In this document: in pieces, positions 44,333 through 52,460 of the stretch
How the letters are laid out: each line of letters starts with the position of its first letter
How positions within the stretch are numbered: position 1 is the stretch's first letter
IMG/VR virus record: IMGVR_UViG_3300037484_001144
Span: 1 to 61,500 of that record
Reading direction: 5' to 3' (one strand)
DNA length: 61,500 nt
Origin: a virus
Taxonomy: Duplodnaviria > Caudoviricetes
Notes under the pieces: generated by a model
Told to the model about the DNA's origin: nothing
Databases searched by the model: none
What the model saw: only the letters and a program-made list of their open reading frames with translations
Program-made: the position numbers and the translations under genes

Positions 44333-47149
44333 GTGTCAAGTATGTTGTCACCGAAAGGAACCATGATCAAAGTACACCTCTCTGATATTGGCACAGACGG
44401 CATACGCCGGGTGAGTGAGGCAATGATCAAACATCTGCCTCAGTTTGGCGTGGAGATCACGCGCCACCTGGGGGAAGCCGACATCATCGCCAACCACGCC
44501 GCCGCTACGGTCTGGCGCAAGGGCGTGCCGATGGTAGCGATCAATCACGGTCTGATGTGGAGCCGGCAGATGTGGGGCGACTCCTATCAGGAAGTGAATG
44601 AACAGGTCGTGGAAAGTATGTGCCGCGCGGTCGCTATTACAGCACCCTCCGAGTGGGTAGCGCGCGCAATTCGCAGAGGTGGATTTTTCTACCCGGAGGT
44701 GGTCTATCACGGGATAGACCACAACGAGTTCCAGCCAGGGACGAATGGCGGGTATGTGTTGTGGAACAAAGCGCGCGCCGACGCGGTCTCCAACCCCGAG
44801 GATGCCATGCGTGCCGCCCAGCTCCTGCCTGGTGTGCCTTTCTGGTCAACCTTCGGACGTGCGACCGGCAATGTCAAAGTGATCGACACCATGGATTATC
44901 TCAGCATGAAGAACGTGGTTGCCAATGCCGGGGTGTACCTATGTACCGCGCGTGAGACCTTTGGGATCGGCACGCTGGAAGCGATGGCCTGCGGGGTGCC
45001 GATTGCAGGATGGAATTGGGGCGGCCAGGCCGAGATCGTTCGGCAGGGCGAGACCGGATATCTGGCACATCCCGGTGATTTCAGAGCCCTGGCAGAGTGC
45101 ATCCAGCTATGCCTTGCGGAACGCGCCAGGCTTTCTGCCAACTGTCTGGAAGATGTGCGAAATCGCTGGAACTGGGAGCCGAGGATAGAGCAGTACGCAA
45201 ATATCTTCAAAAACGTTTACAGGGACTTTTACGAGACGGAAAGACCCAAAGTTTCAGTGATCCTGACCGCCTATAAATTAGATCAGTTCCTGCCCCTGGC
45301 GATCGAGAGTGTGCAGCGGCAAACCCTGACCGATTGGGAACTCCTGGTGATCGACGACGCCCCACTAGAATCCACCAAAAGCCTGGTGGAAACCTACGCA
45401 CGGGACGACAAGCGCATTGCCTACCGCCCGGTGGTCTCTAACCTGGGCTTGCCTGGCGCACGCAATTACGGATTCTATCTTGCGCGCGGTCGCTACATTC
45501 GCCACCTGGACGCCGATGATTTCCTGGCAGACAATGCGCTGGCCCTGGAAGCCGAAGCCCTGGATAACGACCCGAGCATTCATATTGCCTACGGTCATCT
45601 GGAAGTCGTTCGCGAGGATGGCAGCCGCGTGATGAAAGGGACGGAGCCTGTACGCAGTGACTGGCCGCCTACCCAGTTCCACTGGGAGGAACAGATGGCA
45701 CATCTGAACCAGCTCCCTTCCTGTGTCATGGCCCGCAGAGAGGTCTTCGAACTCTCTGGCGGGTACCGGGATCGGATGAAGCGGAACGAGGATGCCGAGT
45801 TCTGGTGCCGCGTGACGAGTGGAGGATTCCGAGCCAGGAAATTCACTCAGGCTGTAACGTATTTTCATAGGGAGCGCCCTGACAGCAAGGGAGCCATGGA
45901 ATGGAAGGAACAGGGCGGAGAGCCAGATTGGACCGCCTGGTTCCCCTGGCGTCTGGGGGCGGGGACCTATGGCGAGGCGCGTCACATCCTGCAGAAGCAA
46001 TCCGGGAAACATCCCCGCCCCCACCTGGTCCCCTTCGGGGCACAGGGGCGCCCGTGTGACAGGAAGTTCTGGTACATCCATGACTACAGCTACCCGGTGG
46101 TGTCCATCGTGGTCACGGTAGGACCCGGACATAAACCATTCCTGATCGATGCTCTGGATTCGCTTGTCGCTCAGACCTATCCTGACTGGGAATGTGTAGT
46201 TGTGAACGATACAGGTATTCCGTGGGAAAAGGATCTCCCGGGCGCGCCCTGGGCGGAAGTGGTGAACATGGAAGGCAATCAAGGGACATCCGCCGCGCGC
46301 AACGAAGGGTACAGGCACACCCGCGGGAGATTTATTGTCTGGATGGATGCGGACGACTTCTGGCTGCCCTGGTTCCTCGAAACGCTGGTGGCGCACGCCG
46401 AAAAGAACGACGGAGTGATCTTCTCTGATATGATCATGGATAAGGATGGCGAAAGAGAGAATTATCACTACCAGGGTTTCAATGCCGCCCGAATCCCAAA
46501 CACCATGCAGTATTCCGGATCTTCGATCCTAATCCCCCGCAAGATCGCGGAGGCAGTCATCGCCATGCAGGGGGGGTATGATGTGAATATCCCTGGGATG
46601 GAAGACTGGGATTACCAGATGGCAGTCCATCATCTGGGTTTCTGTGCTTACCATGTGGATGAACCCCTGTTTGTCTACCGTCTGCACACCTCCACCAAAC
46701 GCGAGAAAGATTATGCTAAAATTGACGCTATCCGTGAATACATGGATAAAAAGTGGAGTGATTACAGGCTAGGAAGGAAGGTACTGATGTGTGGTTGCAG
46801 TTCAACTCATAAGGTCAATAGTAAGCCCCAGAGCGCACTTTCCTCTTCGGGTTCGTTTGCCCCTCAGGAGGATGTGAACGCCGGGCAACTGGCTACTGAG
46901 ATGGTGCAGGTGGAGTATATGGGGCCGGATGAAGGAACATTCACGATCCTTTCACGCGTCGATCGCAGCGTTTCTTATCGTTTCGGAAACAACCCGGGGC
47001 ATAAAGTGCGCCCGGTCTTCCTGGGTGACGCCGAGCGGCTGGAAAGTCTGCGAGACTTGAACAACAAGCCTCTGTATATTCGGTTGACTTCTACTGCCCT
47101 GGACGCACGCGATGCCAACGCTTTCCTGGGCGTGCCGGTGGCGGGATGA
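44333..47149 (+). CDS. Multidomain glycosyltransferase (GT4 + GT2 + GT2 + C-terminal domain)
   Basis: ETFGIGTLEAMACG (GT4); two GT2 units with ARN and (L/M)DADD, and NEDAEFW / MEDWDY. Confidence 0.9.
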   Translation: MSSMLSPKGTMIKVHLSDIGTDGIRRVSEAMIKHLPQFGVEITRHLGEADIIANHAAATVWRKGVPMVAINHGLMWSRQMWGDSYQEVNEQVVESMCRAVAITAPSEWVARAIRRGGFFYPEVVYHGIDHNEFQPGTNGGYVLWNKARADAVSNPEDAMRAAQLLPGVPFWSTFGRATGNVKVIDTMDYLSMKNVVANAGVYLCTARETFGIGTLEAMACGVPIAGWNWGGQAEIVRQGETGYLAHPGDFRALAECIQLCLAERARLSANCLEDVRNRWNWEPRIEQYANIFKNVYRDFYETERPKVSVILTAYKLDQFLPLAIESVQRQTLTDWELLVIDDAPLESTKSLVETYARDDKRIAYRPVVSNLGLPGARNYGFYLARGRYIRHLDADDFLADNALALEAEALDNDPSIHIAYGHLEVVREDGSRVMKGTEPVRSDWPPTQFHWEEQMAHLNQLPSCVMARREVFELSGGYRDRMKRNEDAEFWCRVTSGGFRARKFTQAVTYFHRERPDSKGAMEWKEQGGEPDWTAWFPWRLGAGTYGEARHILQKQSGKHPRPHLVPFGAQGRPCDRKFWYIHDYSYPVVSIVVTVGPGHKPFLIDALDSLVAQTYPDWECVVVNDTGIPWEKDLPGAPWAEVVNMEGNQGTSAARNEGYRHTRGRFIVWMDADDFWLPWFLETLVAHAEKNDGVIFSDMIMDKDGERENYHYQGFNAARIPNTMQYSGSSILIPRKIAEAVIAMQGGYDVNIPGMEDWDYQMAVHHLGFCAYHVDEPLFVYRLHTSTKREKDYAKIDAIREYMDKKWSDYRLGRKVLMCGCSSTHKVNSKPQSALSSSGSFAPQEDVNAGQLATEMVQVEYMGPDEGTFTILSRVDRSVSYRFGNNPGHKVRPVFLGDAERLESLRDLNNKPLYIRLTSTALDARDANAFLGVPVAG

Positions 47150-47415
47150 GTATGAATACAATTACTGATCTTCCCACCAAAGAACAGATTCATGCCGCTG
47201 CAGAAATTGGAAGGAAGTTGTCTGAAATTTATGGCAGCGTTTCGGTTGCTTTTGAGAATTTCGGAAGAGCGTTTATGGGAGGGTTTTTTAAAGGTCTACA
47301 AAACTCGTTATCTGTTTCAGATCTCGAAAAACTATCAGTGAAATACAAGCGCAGGCAGAGATACCAGCGTAGATATGAACGAATTGGAAGGCAAATAAAA
47401 AAGGCAAGGCAATAA
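47146..47415 (+). CDS. Hypothetical protein
   Basis: ATGA coupling; lower GC. Confidence 0.5.
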   Translation: MSMNTITDLPTKEQIHAAAEIGRKLSEIYGSVSVAFENFGRAFMGGFFKGLQNSLSVSDLEKLSVKYKRRQRYQRRYERIGRQIKKARQ

Positions 47416-47726
47416 TGAATCCTATTGTTACCGAGAGAACAAACAAAACCAACGTGATAGCTTATGTGCAGGGAAATAAAGATGGTTATGAGATGGGTGA
47501 AACCGAATCAATTGCCATATGCAAGTTATTGATTCGGTTACAAGGAAAGATGATACGCACGTGGAGCGGTGCGTTCATCCTGGCTACATTTGCATGGTTG
47601 AGTGTTTTTGTTGAAATGTGGCGTATGCTAAATGGACTTCTCCAGAGCAGCCCAATGGCGTGGGCTTTCCTGGTGTTTTTCTTTCTGGTGGCGTTGTTTT
47701 CCAGCAGCCTGGCAATGAGGAAGTAA
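47415..47726 (+). CDS. Membrane hypothetical protein
   Basis: TAATG coupling; two TM segments. Confidence 0.5.
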   Translation: MNPIVTERTNKTNVIAYVQGNKDGYEMGETESIAICKLLIRLQGKMIRTWSGAFILATFAWLSVFVEMWRMLNGLLQSSPMAWAFLVFFFLVALFSSSLAMRK

Positions 47727-48046
47727 TGACTTTTATCGTCTTCTCTCTCTTTGCTCTTGCAACCTGGCGCCTGGCTTCCATGCTGGTGCGCGAGAAGGGA
47801 CCGTGGGGTCTGTTTGTGCGTATCCGCGCGTTGGTTGGGATTGAGCACGATGACCAGGGCGTTCCGGTCCAGATTCCTGATAATGTTCTGGCAGGAATTT
47901 TGTCGTGTCTGTTTTGTTGTTCCATGTGGGTAGGTTTTGGGTGGTTCCTGTTCTTCCTGGGCACTCCCCTGCTGGCAGAAAAAATCGCCACGGTCTTTGC
48001 GTTCTCAGCCGGGGCGATTCTACTGGATCGATGGATGGGAAATTAG
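47726..48046 (+). CDS. DUF1360-like membrane protein
   Basis: LATWRL....EKGP....IR...LSCLFCCSMW. Confidence 0.7.
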   Translation: MTFIVFSLFALATWRLASMLVREKGPWGLFVRIRALVGIEHDDQGVPVQIPDNVLAGILSCLFCCSMWVGFGWFLFFLGTPLLAEKIATVFAFSAGAILLDRWMGN

Positions 48047-48072
48047 AGATTTTTTGGGGAGTATAATTATCC

Positions 48073-48354
48073 TTGAATGAACTCCCGTGGCGGTGCCATG
48101 CCTGCGGAAACGAGCAGATGGTGAATCTGGATCAATTGGAGAGCTGGCCCCTTGACAAATTGACTACCGCGCGGGGATTTACGTGTGAGAAGTGCCGACA
48201 TCGGGAAGCCATTTCTTACTCCACGCCTCTGCTCAAAGAGGCATTACAGCGATTGACCCAGATGCGCCCGGGGCACCGGAAGTTTCCTTATTACTTCCGA
48301 AAGGCACTCTTGCGCGCGGAGTCGATCAATCGGAGGAACAATGGCACGCGCTGA
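48073..48354 (+). CDS. Zn-ribbon protein
   Basis: CHAC...CEKC. Confidence 0.55.
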   Translation: MNELPWRCHACGNEQMVNLDQLESWPLDKLTTARGFTCEKCRHREAISYSTPLLKEALQRLTQMRPGHRKFPYYFRKALLRAESINRRNNGTR

Positions 48355-49564
48355 CACTTATACATGGTTACCGTTGGATGAGTGGGCGATGATCATGGGA
48401 ATTAATCCCGTCCACTGGAATCAACTGTCGTCCCCAATTTTCAATAACAACGTATGCGGAGAGATCTTCTTCCAGCAAGATTGGCACCATTCTGACCGGA
48501 TCGGTCGGGACACCGTTGCGCGCGCCATCCGTGAAGCTGAACTGGAAATGGCGCTCGAGGCGGGATTCAATCTCCTTCCCGACTGGACCTCCGACGAACG
48601 GCTCTACTACGCTCAACCCGCAGTCCCTGGTTCTTACCATCTAACCGGTGCCAACCCGCGCGGGATGCTCAATTCCATAGAGTTGCGCAAAGGTCATATT
48701 ATTTCAGGCGGCCAGCGTGCCAAGGTTCTGATTCAATCTGGCGCGGTCGTTGTGCGTTCGGACGTGGATGGGGATACATTCCAGGAAACCGCCACCGTGA
48801 CAGTACCTGTCACGTTCACGGATACCAATCAGATCCGGATCTACTACCCCACCAAGAGCGGCGCAGACACATGGGAAGTCCGTCCCATTACCGTGGCAAT
48901 CTCCGGTGGATTCGCAACGATCCAGTTCAAGATCTGGCAACTGGTTGCAGCCAGTCAAATGGATCGCCTGGACGCCCAGCCCCTGGATGCCGACCTCGCT
49001 GCTTCCTATGAGACGACTGTGGATGTCTATCAGGTCTACAACGACCCGAGTGTACAGGTATCTTTCGTATGGGAGAATAACGGTCCTCTGGGTGACTGCT
49101 GTGGTTCCTGTATGGCCTGCACGCTTGGAACTCAGACAGGATGTTTCCATAACCGAGAGGATAGGCTAGGAATTATCGTCCCTGCTCCTGCCGCATGGGA
49201 CGCTCAGAACAGTGAATTCACTGCACAGGAATGGAGTGCCTGCCGCGCGCCAGATCAATTGTATGTAAATTACTATTCAGGCTGGAGAGACTGGTCAGTC
49301 GCACGTCCCTATGTGGAACTCTCCCCCTATTGGAAAACGGCGATCGCTTACTATGCAGCTTCCAAATTGGACCGCCCGGTCTGTGGGTGCTCAAACATTT
49401 CTCAATTCGTAGACAAATGGCGCAGGGATGCCGCGTTCAGTAGTCAGGAGGAAGGTGGCTGGACTATGACCCCCGAGATGGCATCCAATCGTTTGGGGAC
49501 GACTATGGGGGCTCTGTATGCCTACCGTGCAATCCACAAGGCCGGAATCAGGGTGACAAAATAA
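48341..49564 (+). CDS. Head-tail adaptor/neck structural protein
   Basis: GGAGG RBS; AIREAE, YYSG and AIAYYA resemble gp6/gp15-like adaptors; lies between head and tail genes. Confidence 0.55.
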   Translation: MARADTYTWLPLDEWAMIMGINPVHWNQLSSPIFNNNVCGEIFFQQDWHHSDRIGRDTVARAIREAELEMALEAGFNLLPDWTSDERLYYAQPAVPGSYHLTGANPRGMLNSIELRKGHIISGGQRAKVLIQSGAVVVRSDVDGDTFQETATVTVPVTFTDTNQIRIYYPTKSGADTWEVRPITVAISGGFATIQFKIWQLVAASQMDRLDAQPLDADLAASYETTVDVYQVYNDPSVQVSFVWENNGPLGDCCGSCMACTLGTQTGCFHNREDRLGIIVPAPAAWDAQNSEFTAQEWSACRAPDQLYVNYYSGWRDWSVARPYVELSPYWKTAIAYYAASKLDRPVCGCSNISQFVDKWRRDAAFSSQEEGGWTMTPEMASNRLGTTMGALYAYRAIHKAGIRVTK

Positions 49565-49795
49565 TCAAGAACTGATTGCGAACTTGCAAACTGGACAGAA
49601 GCGCAGATCATTCTCGATAACAAGATCGCCGTGCCCTTCTGGGAATTGAGTGGGTAATTCTATCTCAACACTTTGTTGGGCGGCTTCATGGAGCGCGGCT
49701 GTAACATTGACAAACAATATAGATATTTCTACCAATGAGCCGCCATGCTTGGATTGATATATTTTTATCGCCTCTAATAGTTCTTCATTTTCCAT
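49565..49795 (-). CDS. Last cassette ORF (hypothetical, C-terminal CxxC)
   Basis: GAGGAG RBS after the core site GTTAGGC; contains a decayed attC left end at 49675-49684. Confidence 0.6.
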   Translation of the reverse strand: MENEELLEAIKIYQSKHGGSLVEISILFVNVTAALHEAAQQSVEIELPTQFPEGHGDLVIENDLRFCPVCKFAISS

Positions 49796-49823
49796 TTGCA
49801 ATTCTCCTCGTTGAGCGATAGCC

Positions 49824-49951
49824 GCCTAACGGCTTACATTACTGGCGGGTGGGTTTTCCGCAGAGACGGCAATACTCACCCATACGATCATTGGCAGGCT
49901 CTGGAATTTTGCAGGTGCATACCCACCCGTCCGGTGCATGTTTTGTTAGGC
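49824..49951 (-). repeat. attC site 1
   Basis: GCCTAAC-AAAAC-ATGCACCGGAC...GCCAGTAATGT-AAGCC-GTTAGGC. Confidence 0.85.
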
Positions 49952-50060
49952 GTTTACCGCATTTTGGACAATTGCCCTTGATGGCTTTGTAATACCTTGA
50001 TTGGCAGCGCGGACAAACGCTCAGGTTTTTGGGCAGGGTGTGATTGTGTGGATTTAGCAT
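49839..50060 (-). CDS. Cassette ORF, Cys-rich Zn-ribbon protein
   Basis: AAGGAG RBS; CxxC pairs; reads through attC1. Confidence 0.6.
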   Translation of the reverse strand: MLNPHNHTLPKNLSVCPRCQSRYYKAIKGNCPKCGKRLTKHAPDGWVCTCKIPEPANDRMGEYCRLCGKPTRQ

Positions 50061-50075
50061 TTAGCTCCTTCAAGC

Positions 50076-50201
50076 GCCTAACGGTTTGCGTTACCCGCCG
50101 CCGAATGTAGCGGACAGGTCATCTGCAAAAAGCGATAATTGCAGGGGATAAGACGCGGGCGGCTGAACGCCGAAGGCGGTCGGGTGCACGCGTTGTTGGG
50201 C
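50076..50201 (-). repeat. attC site 2
   Basis: GCCCAAC-AACGC-GTGCACCCGAC...GCGGGTAACGC-AAACC-GTTAGGC. Confidence 0.88.
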
Positions 50202-50477
50202 AGCCCACATGGACACGCGCGGCGCATAATTTTTAGAATATGATTCAACGCGCTTTAGAGCTTCGGTAACAGCTTCTTGCCGCGTTGTATACATGCGCCC
50301 CTTTGACAATGGTTCAGCCATTCCGCCGCCTGCATACTGGACACTAGCTGATTGCACCCAGGCATTATCGCCAATCTGTAACAATCGGATGATGACGCAC
50401 GCTTTGCCTGATGTGTACTCAATGTGCTCTGCGTGCGTCTCTGGATATGACCCGTGTTTATTTGGCTTTGGAAACAT
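50091..50477 (-). CDS. Cassette ORF, hypothetical
   Basis: AAGGAG RBS, start MFPKP; reads through attC2. Confidence 0.65.
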   Translation of the reverse strand: MFPKPNKHGSYPETHAEHIEYTSGKACVIIRLLQIGDNAWVQSASVQYAGGGMAEPLSKGRMYTTRQEAVTEALKRVESYSKNYAPRVSMWAAQQRVHPTAFGVQPPASYPLQLSLFADDLSATFGGG

Positions 50478-50491
50478 TGCGCTCCTTGGCT

Positions 50492-50582
50492 GCCCAACGG
50501 CTTGCGTTACCCGCTTGGGGGTTGCTCGCCATTGCCTGATTTCGCCACCGTACCCCCAAGTCGGGTGCACGCTGTGTTAGGT
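50492..50582 (-). repeat. attC site 3
   Basis: ACCTAAC-ACAGC-GTGCACCCGAC...GCGGGTAACGC-AAGCC-GTTGGGC. Confidence 0.9.
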
Positions 50583-50725
50583 GCGCTCAATGGATGCGCT
50601 TCTACACCTGGGGGGAGATGATCGTTACATACATTGCGAATCATCAAGCCGCCCCATGAGACAGCCATCCAGCGCGCCTTTTTGCGACACTGTGTATTTG
50701 CGTGGACAAAGACTTCACATCTCAT
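50507..50725 (-). CDS. Cassette ORF, small Cys/His protein
   Basis: ATG 5 nt after the core site GTTAGGT; reads through attC3. Confidence 0.55.
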   Translation of the reverse strand: MRCEVFVHANTQCRKKARWMAVSWGGLMIRNVCNDHLPPGVEAHPLSAPNTACTRLGGTVAKSGNGEQPPSG

Positions 50726-50730
50726 ATAGC

Positions 50731-50820
50731 ACCTAACGGCTTGCGTTACCCGCGTGGGGCACGCGAACCCGTCCAAAAATTACACAGCCTGCCCCACGTC
50801 GGGTGCACGCTGTGTTAGCC
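50731..50820 (-). repeat. attC site 4
   Basis: GGCTAAC-ACAGC-GTGCACCCGAC...GCGGGTAACGC-AAGCC-GTTAGGT. Confidence 0.9.
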
Positions 50821-51094
50821 GCGTTCTATAGTGCTCGAAACGGCTTTGATGACCAACGCGCCAAAACTTCAACGCGGCTTCGGCTGACTTCCAGCGACAT
50901 CGTTTATAAAATGCGCTGGTTCTACTGGATGGGATAGGCTCAATTTCCCATTCGCCTTGTTTATTGAGACAGCAACCTTTTTCACGGATAGCCCATAAAT
51001 CAGAGCCATCAATTTGCTTGACACATTCAAGGCGGACATCAATCAAATCTTTCCAGCCATCTAACTCGTAGACCAACACTTTCAGATTTTCCAT
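50780..51094 (-). CDS. Cassette ORF, conserved phage-type hypothetical
   Basis: AAGGAG RBS; WAIR...CLNKQGEWEIEPIPSSR...FYKRCRW. Confidence 0.7.
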   Translation of the reverse strand: MENLKVLVYELDGWKDLIDVRLECVKQIDGSDLWAIREKGCCLNKQGEWEIEPIPSSRTSAFYKRCRWKSAEAALKFWRVGHQSRFEHYRTRLTQRAPDVGQAV

Positions 51095-51116
51095 GACACT
51101 CCTTTTGCAAGTAAGC

Positions 51117-51282
51117 GGCTAACGGGGCGCGAAATGAGCAGCGAGCGGGGCGTTTAGCATTGCCCCGCCAAAGTTATGGCACAGTCCCTTGCGTGGAGTT
51201 CGGGCATAATGGCATCACCCTCACCGCATGTGCACAAGGGGCGATGCTGCCCCGCTTCGTCTGCTCCAATTCGCAGTTGTGC
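51117..51282 (-). repeat. attC site 5
   Basis: GCACAAC-TGCGA-ATTGGAGCAGAC...GCTGCTCATTTCGCGCCCC-GTTAGCC. Confidence 0.75.
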
Positions 51283-51468
51283 GTCGCGGGTCAAGCAAGT
51301 CATCAAGAAATATAATTCAGCATTGCAGTCTGGACACCTGAGGGCGTAATCTGGTTTATTAGCACAGCAGAAGTCCAGCACAGTTACACGGTTTACAGCG
51401 TCACACTGCGGGCAATTGAAGATTATTCTTTCACCGTCAAGAGTATTTTCCTGGGCAATCAATAGCAT
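51154..51468 (-). CDS. Cassette ORF, Zn-ribbon protein
   Basis: AAAGGA RBS; CPQC and CPDC; reads into attC5. Confidence 0.6.
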   Translation of the reverse strand: MLLIAQENTLDGERIIFNCPQCDAVNRVTVLDFCCANKPDYALRCPDCNAELYFLMTCLTRDAQLRIGADEAGQHRPLCTCGEGDAIMPELHARDCAITLAGQC

Positions 51469-51565
51469 CTCGTTTTTCCTTTCGTTGAGCACGATTGCGA
51501 ATTGCATTTCGCGCCCCGTTGTGCGTCCAGCGAGTGGGGCGGCGTACTCGCCGTCTCCGAGCGAC

Positions 51566-51685
51566 GCACAACGGTGGGCTTTACCAGCGGCGGGCTGGAT
51601 GTAGATCATTTGCCAGCAAAGCCCAACCATAACTAATGATTTTTCGCGGGCGCGTACCCGCCGTCTGGTGCAAGCAGTGTTGGGC
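51566..51685 (-). repeat. attC site 6
   Basis: GCCCAAC-ACTGC-TTGCACCAGAC...GCTGGTAAAGC-CCACC-GTTGTGC. Confidence 0.85.
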
Positions 51686-51827
51686 AGAAATGTTCCTGCG
51701 TAACACAGAGCCATTGCCCGACTTTACCCCGCATGGCGTTTTCGGATGCTTCATCGAGCGATTGTGCTTCGACAATTTCAACGGAGTGCTTGCCTTCTGG
51801 GGAAATTAACCTTACAGAGATTTGCAT
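51633..51827 (-). CDS. Cassette ORF, hypothetical
   Basis: AAAGG RBS, start MQISVRL; ends inside attC6. Confidence 0.55.
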   Translation of the reverse strand: MQISVRLISPEGKHSVEIVEAQSLDEASENAMRGKVGQWLCVTQEHFCPTLLAPDGGYAPAKNH

Positions 51828-51839
51828 ATTTGCCTTTCT

Positions 51840-51969
51840 GCCCAACGGATTACATTAGCGGCAGTTGGGCGGGAACAGTGTCCGCTTCTGCGGTGGATAA
51901 GATTTCAGGCTGTGGTAACGCCTGCGGCGTGGGAGAATCCCCAACTGTCCGCTGCATGTGGTGTTCGGC
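51840..51969 (-). repeat. attC site 7
   Basis: GCCGAAC-ACCAC-ATGCAGCGGAC...GCCGCTAATGT-AATCC-GTTGGGC. Confidence 0.85.
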
Positions 51970-52302
51970 GGCGTTTGCTTTACGGCAATCCCATCCCGCC
52001 GCTTCTGCTTCCGCCTTTGCTTCAAGAACCCAGGCAAATAATTTCTTGTTCGAGAAATTATCACCCATCAATTTCATGTACTTGGTTCCCAAAAATGCTT
52101 TGATGTAAGCATCCCAGAGTAGATACAAATGTTGTTTTACTTCGTCGGTTGGGTATCCAGCCAACCCAGCGCCATCTACGCGGGCAAAATATCGAACCAT
52201 CCATAGCAATCGCTCAGGGTCATCTGCTCCATCGGTTGCATGGTGCGGAGGATTGGCGCGCCATGCGGATGCACATTGTTTGATATAGGCTTCGCAGTCC
52301 AT
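51850..52302 (-). CDS. First ORF of the cassette array, hypothetical
   Basis: GGGAG RBS; reads through attC7. Confidence 0.65.
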   Translation of the reverse strand: MDCEAYIKQCASAWRANPPHHATDGADDPERLLWMVRYFARVDGAGLAGYPTDEVKQHLYLLWDAYIKAFLGTKYMKLMGDNFSNKKLFAWVLEAKAEAEAAGWDCRKANAAEHHMQRTVGDSPTPQALPQPEILSTAEADTVPAQLPLM

Positions 52303-52376
52303 TTTTCTCCCATCAACAAGCCGCGTAAGGGAGGTAGTCGGTCAAATCTGGGCGGTAAATATAATTCATGTAATTG

Positions 52377-52405
52377 ATTGTACAACCATACACATAAACA
52401 GTCAA
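52377..52405 (-). promoter_or_regulatory. Pc-like sigma70 promoter facing the cassette array
   Basis: TTGACT-17-TACAAT; the -10 overlaps GGTTGTACAA. Confidence 0.75.
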
Positions 52406-52460
52406 GGGGAAAATAATAGTATAATTAGCAATAGTGTCATTTGTCATATATAGGAGAAGC

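Larger units (their letters stand above)
49565..52405 (-). mobile_element. Integron-type gene-cassette array without integrase (CALIN-like), 8 ORFs
   Basis: Seven attC sites alternating one-to-one with co-oriented ORFs; cassette ends complementary; upstream promoter. Confidence 0.88.

Noticed and set aside
49824-51969. Repeats as a CRISPR array, REP elements or terminators
   Set aside because: They are long variable palindromes separated by whole ORFs, with attC boxes; there are no U-tracts and no cas genes
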